This document shows positions 22,718 through 32,500 of a stretch of 45,072 bases of DNA, piece after piece (the first letter of the stretch is position 1; each line of letters starts with the position of its first letter). The stretch spans positions 1 through 45,072 of the forward strand of contig JACPCX010000180.1 in assembly GCA_016184305.1 (NCBI GenBank). The letters are read 5' to 3'. The translations under genes and the position numbers were made by a program. The notes below the pieces were generated by a model. The model saw only the letters and a list, made by a program, of their open reading frames with translations, was not told where the DNA came from and did not search any database. This DNA is from Candidatus Rokuibacteriota bacterium (lineage in GTDB: Bacteria > Methylomirabilota > Methylomirabilia > Rokubacteriales > CSP1-6).

Positions 22718-25215
22718 TGACGGGCCACCTAGCACTCATCGCTGCGGTTGCCGTTGCAAATCTCGCCCTCGGCGCAGCCGTACTAGCCAAGCAGCCTCGG
22801 GGCAAGATCAACCGATACTTCGCCCTCTTCTCCTTCGCGGTGGCTGCATGGACGCTCAGCAATGGCCTTGCCCTTACCTACCCGGAAGCCCAATGGGGCT
22901 ACCTCCTGGCACGATTCGCTTTCGCCTCGGCCTCCATCATTCCAATTGCATTTTTCCTTTTTGCAAGCGTATTCCCCACCCCCCAACCGACTCCGGCCGC
23001 AAGACTGCTCTCAGGCTTCACGATCGCTGGGGCAGCCTCGTGTCTTGCTTCGTTCACGCCACTCCTGGTTCGTGGAACAACGTCAGCCAGCGGGACGCTC
23101 CAAGTAGTGTACGGGCCCTTGCACCTGCCATTCGCGATCTACTTCATTTCCTGCCTGAGCGTCAGCTTGCTTCTGTTGAGCCGGAAACTCTTACTCTTGA
23201 CGGGCTTCCAGAGACTACAAGTTCGCTACCTATTCGTCGGAGTCCTGGCTGCGGGCCTCGGAGCGACTGTTACTAACCTCGTAATTCCCCTCCTCGTCGG
23301 CAGCTCCAGGTTCAGTCGCTACGGACCGCTGTTCGGCCTGTTGATGGTCGCCTTCGTCGCGCACTCGATCATCCGGCACCGCCTGATGAATATTCGCCTC
23401 GTGGTTCGCCGAGGCTTCGTGTATCTAGTGGCAGCGGCGATTGCGGGTGCGGTATTCACGGTACTGATCGTCATTTTGGCGGACGTTGCTGGACAACGTA
23501 GTCAGGACGTCTCGCTACCAATTCAGGTGGGTGTGGCTCTACTCATGGCCCTCGCGTTTCAACCCTTAAAGCGCCGCATCCAAAGCTCGCTTGACCGCTA
23601 TCTCTATCGAGAAACGTACGACTACCAGCGCATTATTCGCGACGCAAGCAAGACCATTGGTGCTACGCTCGATCTGAAATCCCTACTGGAATACGTGTGC
23701 CGGATAATGATCCAGACCCTGCGCCCTGACTTCGTGGCCGTGTTCACTCGGGATGCGGGCGCTAACGCATTCGCCCTGGCTACGAAGACAGCCTTTTCGG
23801 AGAACCACGATGTCCCTGGACAAGTTCCCCTGGAGTCATCGGATCCCCTCCCTCGCTTTCTTGTCATGTCGGGGCGGGCGCTTATCAAGGACGAGCTTGG
23901 CCGGGCCATTAGCGGGGGTGACGCCGAGAGCGCAGTAAAGCATCTCTCGGTCCTAGGGGGAGAGATCGCTCTGCCGATGTTCTCCGAGAATCAACTCATT
24001 GGATTACTCGTGGTGGGACCTAAGCTGTCTGGCGACGCATATTTCGTCGAAGATGTGGAACTTCTCACGACACTGGCTAATCAGGCCGCCATCGCGGTCA
24101 ACAACGCGCAACTCTATCGACAAGTCGTCGTCGTGAACGAGCACATTGAGAACATCCTCCGCACGATGGACAGCGCTGTCATCACCGTTGATGCCAGCGG
24201 GAAGGTGGCAATCTGCAACTCGACGGCTGAGCATCTCACGGGCCTGTCGCGCTCCCAACTCATGTCCCTTAGCGTGGACGGGCTCCCTCACGCCCTCGGC
24301 AACCAACTGAAAGCCACCTTGGCGGATGGGCTTTCCAGGCTCCAGACCGAGACAACACTGCCAAGCGACGCCCATCCAGTGCTCCCGATCGTGTCCTCGA
24401 CCTCAGCTCTTCACGGTAGCCAGGGCGCCATTCTGGGCGCCCTCGTCGTATTCAGCGACCTGTCCAAACTCAAGGCCCTTGAAAGCGAAAAAAGGAGGGC
24501 CGAGAGACTGGCTGCGTTTGGCACCCTTGTTTCGGGTATCGCCCACGAGATCAAGAATCCCCTCGTTGCGATCAGGACGTTTGCTGAGTTGCTCCCCGAA
24601 CGTTTCACCGACACGGAATTTCGCGAGGACTTCTCGAAAGTGGTCATCAACGAGATCGACCGCATCGACGATCTCGTGGCACGCCTAAGAGGCCTTGCTG
24701 TTCCGTCCGCTCAGGCAGGGGTCCCGATCGACATTCGCGAGCCGATTATCGATACGCTTGTCTTGCTTCGAGGGCAATTGGAGCAGGCTCGAATCGCTGT
24801 TCATCGTGAACTTGAAGATCCGGCGCCCCGTGTGGCAATCGATGCCGCACAGGTGAAACAACTATTCCTCAACTTGTTCATTAACGCCATTGAGGCGATG
24901 GGGCCAGGCGGTGTATTAACGGTACGCGTTAGGCGCAGGATCACGCCGTCTGGCAACTGGGTGGCCGCGGAGGTATCGGACACGGGACCCGGTATCCCGG
25001 AGGCGATCAGAGCACACATCTTCGATCCATTCTTCACTACTAAACCTCGGGGTTCGGGACTCGGTCTCGCGATATGTCGCGGGATCACGGATGCGCATCG
25101 CGGTATCTTGCGAGCAGAATCCAACCGAAGTGGTTCTGGGGCCACCATAGTCGTTGAGTTCCCGGTGTCGACCGCCACACCTACTGTGATCGAGGAGCAG
25201 GCGCTCCGTGGTTAG
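22717..25215 (+). CDS. sensor histidine kinase, N-terminal 7TM-type domain + GAF + PAS + HisKA + HATPase (paralog 1)
   Basis: Multi-TM N-terminus ending AHSIIRHRLM, GAF tail GPKLSGDAY...LANQAAIA, AHEIKNP, NLFINA, DTGPGI, FFTTK, GSGLGL. Confidence 0.9.
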   Translation: MTGHLALIAAVAVANLALGAAVLAKQPRGKINRYFALFSFAVAAWTLSNGLALTYPEAQWGYLLARFAFASASIIPIAFFLFASVFPTPQPTPAARLLSGFTIAGAASCLASFTPLLVRGTTSASGTLQVVYGPLHLPFAIYFISCLSVSLLLLSRKLLLLTGFQRLQVRYLFVGVLAAGLGATVTNLVIPLLVGSSRFSRYGPLFGLLMVAFVAHSIIRHRLMNIRLVVRRGFVYLVAAAIAGAVFTVLIVILADVAGQRSQDVSLPIQVGVALLMALAFQPLKRRIQSSLDRYLYRETYDYQRIIRDASKTIGATLDLKSLLEYVCRIMIQTLRPDFVAVFTRDAGANAFALATKTAFSENHDVPGQVPLESSDPLPRFLVMSGRALIKDELGRAISGGDAESAVKHLSVLGGEIALPMFSENQLIGLLVVGPKLSGDAYFVEDVELLTTLANQAAIAVNNAQLYRQVVVVNEHIENILRTMDSAVITVDASGKVAICNSTAEHLTGLSRSQLMSLSVDGLPHALGNQLKATLADGLSRLQTETTLPSDAHPVLPIVSSTSALHGSQGAILGALVVFSDLSKLKALESEKRRAERLAAFGTLVSGIAHEIKNPLVAIRTFAELLPERFTDTEFREDFSKVVINEIDRIDDLVARLRGLAVPSAQAGVPIDIREPIIDTLVLLRGQLEQARIAVHRELEDPAPRVAIDAAQVKQLFLNLFINAIEAMGPGGVLTVRVRRRITPSGNWVAAEVSDTGPGIPEAIRAHIFDPFFTTKPRGSGLGLAICRGITDAHRGILRAESNRSGSGATIVVEFPVSTATPTVIEEQALRG

Positions 25216-25286
25216 TCGATCAGGCTGTCGAATGTCTTGACGGAGACGAGCCCTCACCAGCAAGAAACTGCATACCGGCGGACAAT

Positions 25287-25682
25287 ATGCAACTTAGCCT
25301 GAGCGCCATTCCACTGCTTGTGGTTGCTTGGCTGTATCTAGCCATCGGGCTGTACGTATATCGAAGAAACCCCAACTGCCAACCTGACCGCGCGTTTGCT
25401 CTCATGGCTTCGACCACTGCCCTCTGGACCGTAGCAGTGGCACTTCCCCATTGCTCCACACCGCCCGCCGTGCAATTCGTCCGCCTCGCCCTTGCCGCCG
25501 GCAGCTTGATGGCCCTCGGGATTCTTGCATTTCCAGAGAGCTTCCCTGACACATCCCGCCCGATGCACAGTCTGCCGCTGCAGGTGTTTGCTCCGGTCGC
25601 GGTAGCGTTCAGTGGACGTGGAACCGCTATCCTGATCGAATTCCCGACGGCACCAGATATGGAGGCGGCGAGGGCCTTCTAG
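25287..25682 (+). pseudogene. internally deleted third 7TM kinase paralog (first ~110 aa fused to last ~20 aa)
   Basis: N-terminus aligns by eye with both flanking kinases (LAIGLYVYRRNP...RAFALM...W...ESFP); ends GRGTAILIEFP like their GATIVVEFP and GATFTVEFP. Confidence 0.7.
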
Positions 25683-25683
25683 C

Positions 25684-28140
25684 GTGACCGTTACAGCTTA
25701 CGCAGTCCTAGTAGTCTGCACGCTCAACCTTGCTATTGCGCTCTATGTACTCCGACAGAATCGCCATCACGTCCAAAACCAGGCCTTCGCGTTCTTTGCG
25801 GTCTCTGTCGCGACATGGAGCTTCACTGTCACGGTCGCCACACAGACAGCGACACCTTCGCTCTTCCTGGCTCAGATCCCGTTCGCGGCGGCAAGCCTCA
25901 TACTCTTGGCCTTTCTCCTCGTACTTGAGACCTTTCCACGAACTGACACCCTCAGGCTGACCTTCCGAACCAAGTGCCTTCTATCGTTCGGCGTCGCACT
26001 GTCCGCGTTGTCGTTCAGCCCGTATGTGGTGTCCTCGGTCACCAGGACAGTTGAGGGAGTGACGCTGACCTACGGGCCCCTCCATGGCCTCTTCGTGATC
26101 TATGCCTTCGCCTCGGTAGCGACAGCGGCGTGGACTCTCCTGCGAGATGGTCACGCATCGGATCCGCAGACGCGACTCCAACGGAAGTATCTCGCCATCG
26201 GCTTTCTCGTACCGGCGAGTCTCTCGGTGACGACCAACCTGCTGGTTCCTTTCTTCTCTGGCAGCTCACGACTCGGTCTCTATGGGCCCCTGGGTAGCCT
26301 GTTGATGATCGCGATGGTTGCGCACGCGATCATCCGGCATCGGCTGATGGACATCCGGGTGGTGATCAAGCGCGGCGCGGTGTACCTGGCGGCCTTCGGG
26401 GCATCGGGCCTGATCCTGCTGGCGCTGCTGGTCGGCTCCAACCTCCTGTTTCACGACAACCCTCAGGTGCCGCTGCGGGAGATTCTGATCGCGCTCGTCG
26501 TGGCGGTCCTGTTCCACCCGCTCAAGGGGCGGATCCAGCAGGTGTTCGACCGGTACCTGTACCGGGAGCCGTACGACTACCAGCGGACGGTGCGACAGGC
26601 GAGTCGCACCCTGACGGGGACCATCGATCTCCCCACGCTTCTCGGGCACGTCAGCGCCGTCGTGAGCCAGACCCTGCGCCCCGAAGGGCTCGCCATCTAC
26701 CTGCTCGACGAGGAGGAGGGGTTGTTCGAGCGCGCATTCGCCGCCGGCAGCGCTCCTACCCCGGTGAGCGTTCCGTCGTCCTCGCCGCTCCTGGAGGCGG
26801 TGAGCCGGGACCGCAAACTCATCTTCCGTGACGAGATCGGCCAGGATCGCGCCCCCCCGGGCGGGGCCGTGGTGCTGGACGACCTGGCCCGGCTCGGAGC
26901 CGAAGTGATCGTCCCCCTGCTGGAGGAAGACCGCCTGATCGGCTTTGTCTCGATGGGAGCCAAGCGGGCGGGCGATCCGTATTTCAGCGATGATGCCGAC
27001 CTGCTGACCACGCTCGCCAATCAGTCGGCCGTGGCCATCCGGAATGCCCAGGCCCACCAGCAAGTGATCCAGTTCAACGAGGACATCCAGAAGATCCTGG
27101 CGACCATTGACAGCGGCGTGATCGCCACCGGCGCGAAGGGGCGGGTCACGCTGTGCAACCGCGCGGCCGAGCTCCTGACGGCCACTCCGCCCGGCACGCT
27201 CCGTGGCCAGCCTGCGGACCACCTCCCGGCGGCCCTGGCGCACTTGATCGACGCCACGGTCCGCGATGGCCAGTCGAGGCCGCAGATGGAGCTCTCCCTG
27301 CCGGATCCGGCGGGCCAGCTCATCCCGATCATGTGCTCGACCTCGCCGCTGGTGGACCCCCAGGGCGCGCCGATCGGAGCCGTGGCGGTGTTCAGCGATC
27401 TGTCACGGCTGAAGGATCTCGAGCAGGACCGGCGGAGGGCTGAGCGGTTGGCCTCCCTGGAGGCCATTGCCTCCGGCATGGTGCACGAGATCCGAAACCC
27501 GCTCGTCTCCCTCAAGGCGTTCGCGCAGCTCCTGCCGACGCGCGGTCAGGAGCACGAGTTCCGTGACCGCTTCGCCCGCGTCGCGGAACGGGAAATCACA
27601 CGTATTGACGATCTCTTGGGCCGCTTCCGGACGCTGTCCTCGGCTCCTTCTCAGCCGATGGAGCCAGTGGACATCCCGACGCCGCTCCGCGCCACCCTGG
27701 AGCTGCTCGAGCCCGAGATGCAGGCCAGGCACATCCGGCTGCGTCAGGTGGCTGACGGAAACCCCCGTCCGGTGCTGGGCAACGCGCCTCAATTACAACA
27801 GCTTTTCCATAACTTGTGCTTAAATGCCATCGAGGCCATGAAACCCGGCGGCGAGCTCACGGTGAGGGTGGCAGACCTGATAGAGTGTGGGGGAATGACC
27901 CTACACGTCGAGGTGTCCGACACCGGCCCGGGAATCCCGGAGGATCTCCTGCCCCGAATCTTCAATCCGTTCGTCACCACCAAGAGCCGCGGCTCCGGGC
28001 TCGGGCTGGCCATCTGCAGCAGCATCGCCGACGCCCATCGGGCCACGCTGCGCGCCCGCAACAACACCCATCGGTCGGGCGCCACCTTCACCGTCGAGTT
28101 CCCCGTCATCGCGGAACGCGCAGCCCGGGTGACGATATGA
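25684..28140 (+). CDS. sensor histidine kinase, 7TM-GAF-PAS-HisKA-HATPase (paralog 2)
   Basis: Same architecture as 22717; AHAIIRHRLM, VHEIRNP, NLCLNA, DTGPGI, GSGLGL. Confidence 0.9.
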   Translation: MTVTAYAVLVVCTLNLAIALYVLRQNRHHVQNQAFAFFAVSVATWSFTVTVATQTATPSLFLAQIPFAAASLILLAFLLVLETFPRTDTLRLTFRTKCLLSFGVALSALSFSPYVVSSVTRTVEGVTLTYGPLHGLFVIYAFASVATAAWTLLRDGHASDPQTRLQRKYLAIGFLVPASLSVTTNLLVPFFSGSSRLGLYGPLGSLLMIAMVAHAIIRHRLMDIRVVIKRGAVYLAAFGASGLILLALLVGSNLLFHDNPQVPLREILIALVVAVLFHPLKGRIQQVFDRYLYREPYDYQRTVRQASRTLTGTIDLPTLLGHVSAVVSQTLRPEGLAIYLLDEEEGLFERAFAAGSAPTPVSVPSSSPLLEAVSRDRKLIFRDEIGQDRAPPGGAVVLDDLARLGAEVIVPLLEEDRLIGFVSMGAKRAGDPYFSDDADLLTTLANQSAVAIRNAQAHQQVIQFNEDIQKILATIDSGVIATGAKGRVTLCNRAAELLTATPPGTLRGQPADHLPAALAHLIDATVRDGQSRPQMELSLPDPAGQLIPIMCSTSPLVDPQGAPIGAVAVFSDLSRLKDLEQDRRRAERLASLEAIASGMVHEIRNPLVSLKAFAQLLPTRGQEHEFRDRFARVAEREITRIDDLLGRFRTLSSAPSQPMEPVDIPTPLRATLELLEPEMQARHIRLRQVADGNPRPVLGNAPQLQQLFHNLCLNAIEAMKPGGELTVRVADLIECGGMTLHVEVSDTGPGIPEDLLPRIFNPFVTTKSRGSGLGLAICSSIADAHRATLRARNNTHRSGATFTVEFPVIAERAARVTI

Positions 28141-30179
28141 GAACCGCCCTCGTGGTGGCCACCGACGAGACCCTCCGGAACCGGCTCGTCCGGAGCCTCG
28201 AGGGCTGCTCGGTCTTCACCGCCACCTCGGACGAGGAAGCCCTCAGGAAGCTCCGCTTCACCGAGGTGGAGCTGATCGTCAAGGAAGCCGCCGTCTCCAT
28301 GCGCGACCTCCCGGGCTTCCTGGACCGGGCGCGCCACCTCTGCCCCTCGTCCGTCGTGGTGTGCGTGCTCCCCGCGGACAGCAGCAGCCCGGAAGACGAG
28401 GCGCTGGTGGAGGACGCCGACTTCGTCCTGCTCCAGCCGTTCACCTCCCCGCAGTGGCGGGGCATGCTCCGGCAGGTGGAGGACAAGCTGCTGCTGATGC
28501 AGGAAGTCTCGGCCCTGCGCACGCTCCGCAAGCCATCCGACGCGCTCGGGGTGGCGGTGGAGCCACCGGTCTTCGACGTGCCCTCGGATGTGCTCGGTCG
28601 CATGGTCACGGAGTTCGCCAAGTCCCTCTCGGCCGGCTTCGATCTGGCCCGCGTGCTGGACCTGTTCCTCGACGCGGTGGCCGAGCTGGCGCGGCCCAGC
28701 CGGAGCGCGATCCTCGTCGCCGATCCGGTCGGCCGGCAGTACCACGTGACGGCGTTCCGCGGCCTGGCGCCCCACGTGGTGGAGTCGGTGAGCCTGCGGG
28801 CCGACGCGGGGCTGCCCCTGTGGCTCGCGGCCGAGGGGCGGCTGATCCACATTGACGAGGCGCACGCGCGCGCCGCCGACCCGGCGGCACGGGACATGGC
28901 CCGGGAGCTGGCGCTGCTCCAGGCCGTCGTGGCGGTCCCGCTGATCTCCCACGGCGAGCTCGTGGCCATCCTGACGATCGGCCAGCGGGTGACCGGGGGG
29001 GCCTACAGCCGCCGCGAGGCCGAGATCCTCTTCGATCTGGCGACTCACCTCGCCACGGCCATCAGCGACATCCGCACCCATCACCTGCTGCGGTACGAGA
29101 AACAGTTCAACGAGCGCATCCTCGCCCACATGGCGAACGGCGTGATCACCATCGGCCCCGACGAGCGCGTCGTCATCATGAACCGCCGGGCCGAGGAGAT
29201 CCTCGGCATGCCGGCGGCGGACGTCCTGCACCGCGACCTGCGCCAGCTCCCCTCGCCGCTGGGCGACCTGCTGTTCGAGACGCTCACCCGCGATCGCACG
29301 GTGACGCGCGAGGAGATCCAGCTTGCGCTGCGGAGCCTGCCGCTGGAGGTCTCGACCTATCGCGTGATGGGCGAGGGCCCGACGCCGATCGGGGCGGTGC
29401 TCGTCTTCGAGGACCTCACGCTGCAGCGGCAGGCGGCGCGGGAGCGGCGGGAAACGGAGCAGCTCCAGCTCCTGACGCGCATCGTGGCCCGCATCGCCGA
29501 CGAGATCAAGAACCCGCTGGTCTCCATCCGGACCTTCATGGAGCTCCTCGAGGAGCGGTATGACGACGCGGGGTTCCGCCACCACTTCGCGGGGGTGGTG
29601 GGCCGCGACGTGCGCCGGCTGGTGCAGATGTTCGAGAAGCTCGCGGCGCTGGTCAACGAAGGGGATTACAAGCTGGAGCCGGTGGACGTGCGCATGGCCG
29701 TCGAGGAGTGCCTCACCGAGCTGGGCGCCCAGCAGCCGGTGCCGGCCGCGGGCGCCGAGGCGTGCCTGCTCACCTTCGTCGACGAGTCGACCCAGAAGCA
29801 CGTCTCGGCGACATTCTCCTACGAGGGCGGCTCGTTCCTCACGCGAGGCGATCGCGGCATGCTCAAGAAGGCCGTCGCCTACCTCGTCTGGTATCTGCTG
29901 CGGAAAACCCAGGGACAGGACGCCAAGGTGTCCGTCTCCCTCTCCCGTCTGGACAAGGAGGATCGCGTGCGTCTCACCGTGGCTTCTCGTACCGCCGAAA
30001 TCCGGCCTGACGAGCTGCACCGCCTCTTCGACCCGATCCAGGTCGTCCAGCAGAACCTCCTCGACGTGGGCCCGTGCGTCAGCCAGCGGATCGTGGAGGC
30101 CCAGGGCGGCCACCTCGAGGTGAAGCAGGGACGCGCGGAGGTGGCCTTCAGCGTGGACCTGCCGGGGGGGCCGTCGTGA
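28137..30179 (+). CDS. cytoplasmic pseudokinase: degenerate REC + GAF + PAS + His-less HisKA + degenerate HATPase
   Basis: ATGA overlap; RIADEIKNPL (His replaced by Asp); N/G boxes replaced by AVAYLVWY, TVASRT, LDVGPCVSQRIVEAQGG. Confidence 0.8.
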   Translation: MRTALVVATDETLRNRLVRSLEGCSVFTATSDEEALRKLRFTEVELIVKEAAVSMRDLPGFLDRARHLCPSSVVVCVLPADSSSPEDEALVEDADFVLLQPFTSPQWRGMLRQVEDKLLLMQEVSALRTLRKPSDALGVAVEPPVFDVPSDVLGRMVTEFAKSLSAGFDLARVLDLFLDAVAELARPSRSAILVADPVGRQYHVTAFRGLAPHVVESVSLRADAGLPLWLAAEGRLIHIDEAHARAADPAARDMARELALLQAVVAVPLISHGELVAILTIGQRVTGGAYSRREAEILFDLATHLATAISDIRTHHLLRYEKQFNERILAHMANGVITIGPDERVVIMNRRAEEILGMPAADVLHRDLRQLPSPLGDLLFETLTRDRTVTREEIQLALRSLPLEVSTYRVMGEGPTPIGAVLVFEDLTLQRQAARERRETEQLQLLTRIVARIADEIKNPLVSIRTFMELLEERYDDAGFRHHFAGVVGRDVRRLVQMFEKLAALVNEGDYKLEPVDVRMAVEECLTELGAQQPVPAAGAEACLLTFVDESTQKHVSATFSYEGGSFLTRGDRGMLKKAVAYLVWYLLRKTQGQDAKVSVSLSRLDKEDRVRLTVASRTAEIRPDELHRLFDPIQVVQQNLLDVGPCVSQRIVEAQGGHLEVKQGRAEVAFSVDLPGGPS

Positions 30180-32485
30180 CGGACCGGGCGCGGATCCTCG
30201 TGGTCGACGACGAGATGGGGCCGCGGGAGTCTCTGCGCATGATCCTGAAGCCCCGGCACGACATCGCGACGGCGGACAGCGGCGAGGCGGCGCTCCAGAC
30301 GCTGAAGACCTTCCACCCGGATCTGATGTTCATGGACATCAAGATGCCGCAGATGGACGGCATCGAGCTGCTCCGGCGGGTCAAGGCCATCGATCCGAGC
30401 ATCGAGGTGGTGATGATCACCGCCTATGCCTCCCTCGAGACGGTCAAGAACGCGCTGACGCACGGGGCCTTCGAGTACCTGATCAAGCCGTTCAGCCGGC
30501 AGGATCTCGAGGACACAACCCGTCGCGCCCTGGCGCGCCGGCAGACGGAGCTGGGAACGCGCAGCCAGCTGACGACCCTCGTGGACGAGATGCGCTCGCT
30601 GTCGTCCAAGACCCGCACCCTCGAGGAGGAGGCGCGGCGCGAGCAGGCCGAGCAATCCCTCCGCGTGACCCAGCTCTCCATCCTCCGGGAGATCTCCCGG
30701 GGCATCCTGGGGCAGCTCGACCTGACCCAGCTCACCGCCACCATCACCGAGCTGCTCCGCGACGCGCTCGGCTACGACGAGGTGACCATCCATCTCGGAC
30801 CGAGCCCCGCCGGCGGCCCGGGCGGCGACAGAACGGTCATGTGCCCGATCCGCGACGACGGCGCCACCCTCGGCTACCTCGCGGCGGCCAACCGCGCCGA
30901 GGGGCGCCCGATCGACCCGCGCGAGGGCGAGCTCCTCGAGATGCTCTCGGAGTACCTGGCGGTCGCGATCCGCAACTCGCGCCTCTACGGCGAGGTGACG
31001 GAGACAAAGCGATCGCTGGAGCAGCTCATCCACTCGGCCGGTGACGGGATCATCTCGGTGGACCGCGACGAGAGGATCGTCGCCTGGAACCCCGCCGCCG
31101 AGCGCATCTTCGGCCTGCCGGCCCGGGAGGCGGTGGGCCAGCCGCTGACCGAGCTCCTGCCCCAGGACCGCTATCGTGCGGCCCGCGCGGCCCTGACGCC
31201 CGGCACGCCGATGAAGGCGTTCGAGGTGGCGTCCAAGCGCGCGGACGGCACCGCCCTCACGCTGGCGGTGACGCTGTCCGCGCTCACCGGCCGCGACGGC
31301 CAGATCGAGGGCATGCTCGCGATCGTGCATGACGCGACGGTGCAGCGCGAGCTCGAGACCCAGCTCCTCCAGTCGGAGAAGCTCACCGCGCTGGGACAGA
31401 TGGCCGGCGGCATCGCCCACGACTTCAACAATCTGCTCCAGGCCATCATGGGCTACGCGCAGCTCATGGGGAAGAACCCCGCCAACCTGGACGTGGTCCG
31501 CCGGGGGCTGGATGTCATCGAGGCGGCGGCCGCGGGCGGGGCCGAGACCGTCCGGCGCATCCAGAAGTTCGCCCGGCTGCGTCCCGACGAACCGTTCGTC
31601 TCGCTGGATCTGAACCAGGTCATCCACGACGCCGTGGCCATCACCCAGCCGCGCTGGGAGGAGCGCTCGGCCAAGAGCGGCCTGCCCCTCCGGCTCGAGC
31701 TGACCCTGCCCGCGGTCCCGGCCGTGATGGGCCGTCCCTCGGAGCTGAACGAGGTCGTGACCAATCTGATCCTGAACGCCCTCGACGCCATGCCCAAGGG
31801 CGGCACCCTGAGCCTCCAGACGCGCATCGGCGGCGGCGAGTCGGTGGTCCTCACGGTCAGCGACACCGGCACCGGCATGCCCGAAGCGGTGCGGACGCGG
31901 ATCTTCGATCCCTTCTTCACCACGAAGGGCGACGCGGGCACGGGCCTCGGGCTGTCCGTGTCCTACTCGATCGTGAAGCGGCACGGCGGCGAGATGCGCG
32001 TGGACAGCCATCTCGGGCGCGGCACCACCTTCACCATCGTCTTGCCCGTCGGCAAGCCGGCGGCGGCGGCGGCGGGCTCAACTGACCGGGAGCCCGTGGG
32101 CAGCCGGCACGGCCGCATCCTCCTGGTGGACAACGACGCCCAGGTCCTGACCATCCTCGGCGAGATGCTCCGGGATGCCGGCCATCACGTCCTGCCGGTG
32201 TCGAGCGGAGCCGAAGCCATGCGGGTCTTCGTGCCCGGCGGGTTCGATCTCGTGCTGACCAACATCGGCATGGCCGGCATGACCGGGTGGGAGGTCGCGC
32301 AGCGGGTCCGCACGCGGGACCGGAACGTTCCCGTGGTCTTCATCACGGGCTGGGGGCTCCAGGAGGAGGATCAGGAGCGGTGCCGGGCGCTGGGAGTGAC
32401 GAGCGTCCTGTTCAAGCCCGTGACCCCACCGGAGTTCCACCGGGCGGTCCAGAGCGTCCTCGGGGAGCACGCGAGCCACGCCTGA
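30176..32485 (+). CDS. hybrid histidine kinase REC-GAF-PAS-HisKA-HATPase-REC
   Basis: GTGA overlap; intact REC (VDDE, MDIKMP, KPF), AHDFNN, NLILNA, DTGTGM, GTGLGL; C-terminal REC has LTNIGM. Confidence 0.9.
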   Translation: MTDRARILVVDDEMGPRESLRMILKPRHDIATADSGEAALQTLKTFHPDLMFMDIKMPQMDGIELLRRVKAIDPSIEVVMITAYASLETVKNALTHGAFEYLIKPFSRQDLEDTTRRALARRQTELGTRSQLTTLVDEMRSLSSKTRTLEEEARREQAEQSLRVTQLSILREISRGILGQLDLTQLTATITELLRDALGYDEVTIHLGPSPAGGPGGDRTVMCPIRDDGATLGYLAAANRAEGRPIDPREGELLEMLSEYLAVAIRNSRLYGEVTETKRSLEQLIHSAGDGIISVDRDERIVAWNPAAERIFGLPAREAVGQPLTELLPQDRYRAARAALTPGTPMKAFEVASKRADGTALTLAVTLSALTGRDGQIEGMLAIVHDATVQRELETQLLQSEKLTALGQMAGGIAHDFNNLLQAIMGYAQLMGKNPANLDVVRRGLDVIEAAAAGGAETVRRIQKFARLRPDEPFVSLDLNQVIHDAVAITQPRWEERSAKSGLPLRLELTLPAVPAVMGRPSELNEVVTNLILNALDAMPKGGTLSLQTRIGGGESVVLTVSDTGTGMPEAVRTRIFDPFFTTKGDAGTGLGLSVSYSIVKRHGGEMRVDSHLGRGTTFTIVLPVGKPAAAAAGSTDREPVGSRHGRILLVDNDAQVLTILGEMLRDAGHHVLPVSSGAEAMRVFVPGGFDLVLTNIGMAGMTGWEVAQRVRTRDRNVPVVFITGWGLQEEDQERCRALGVTSVLFKPVTPPEFHRAVQSVLGEHASHA

Positions 32486-32500
32486 CGCGCCCGCGGCCCC

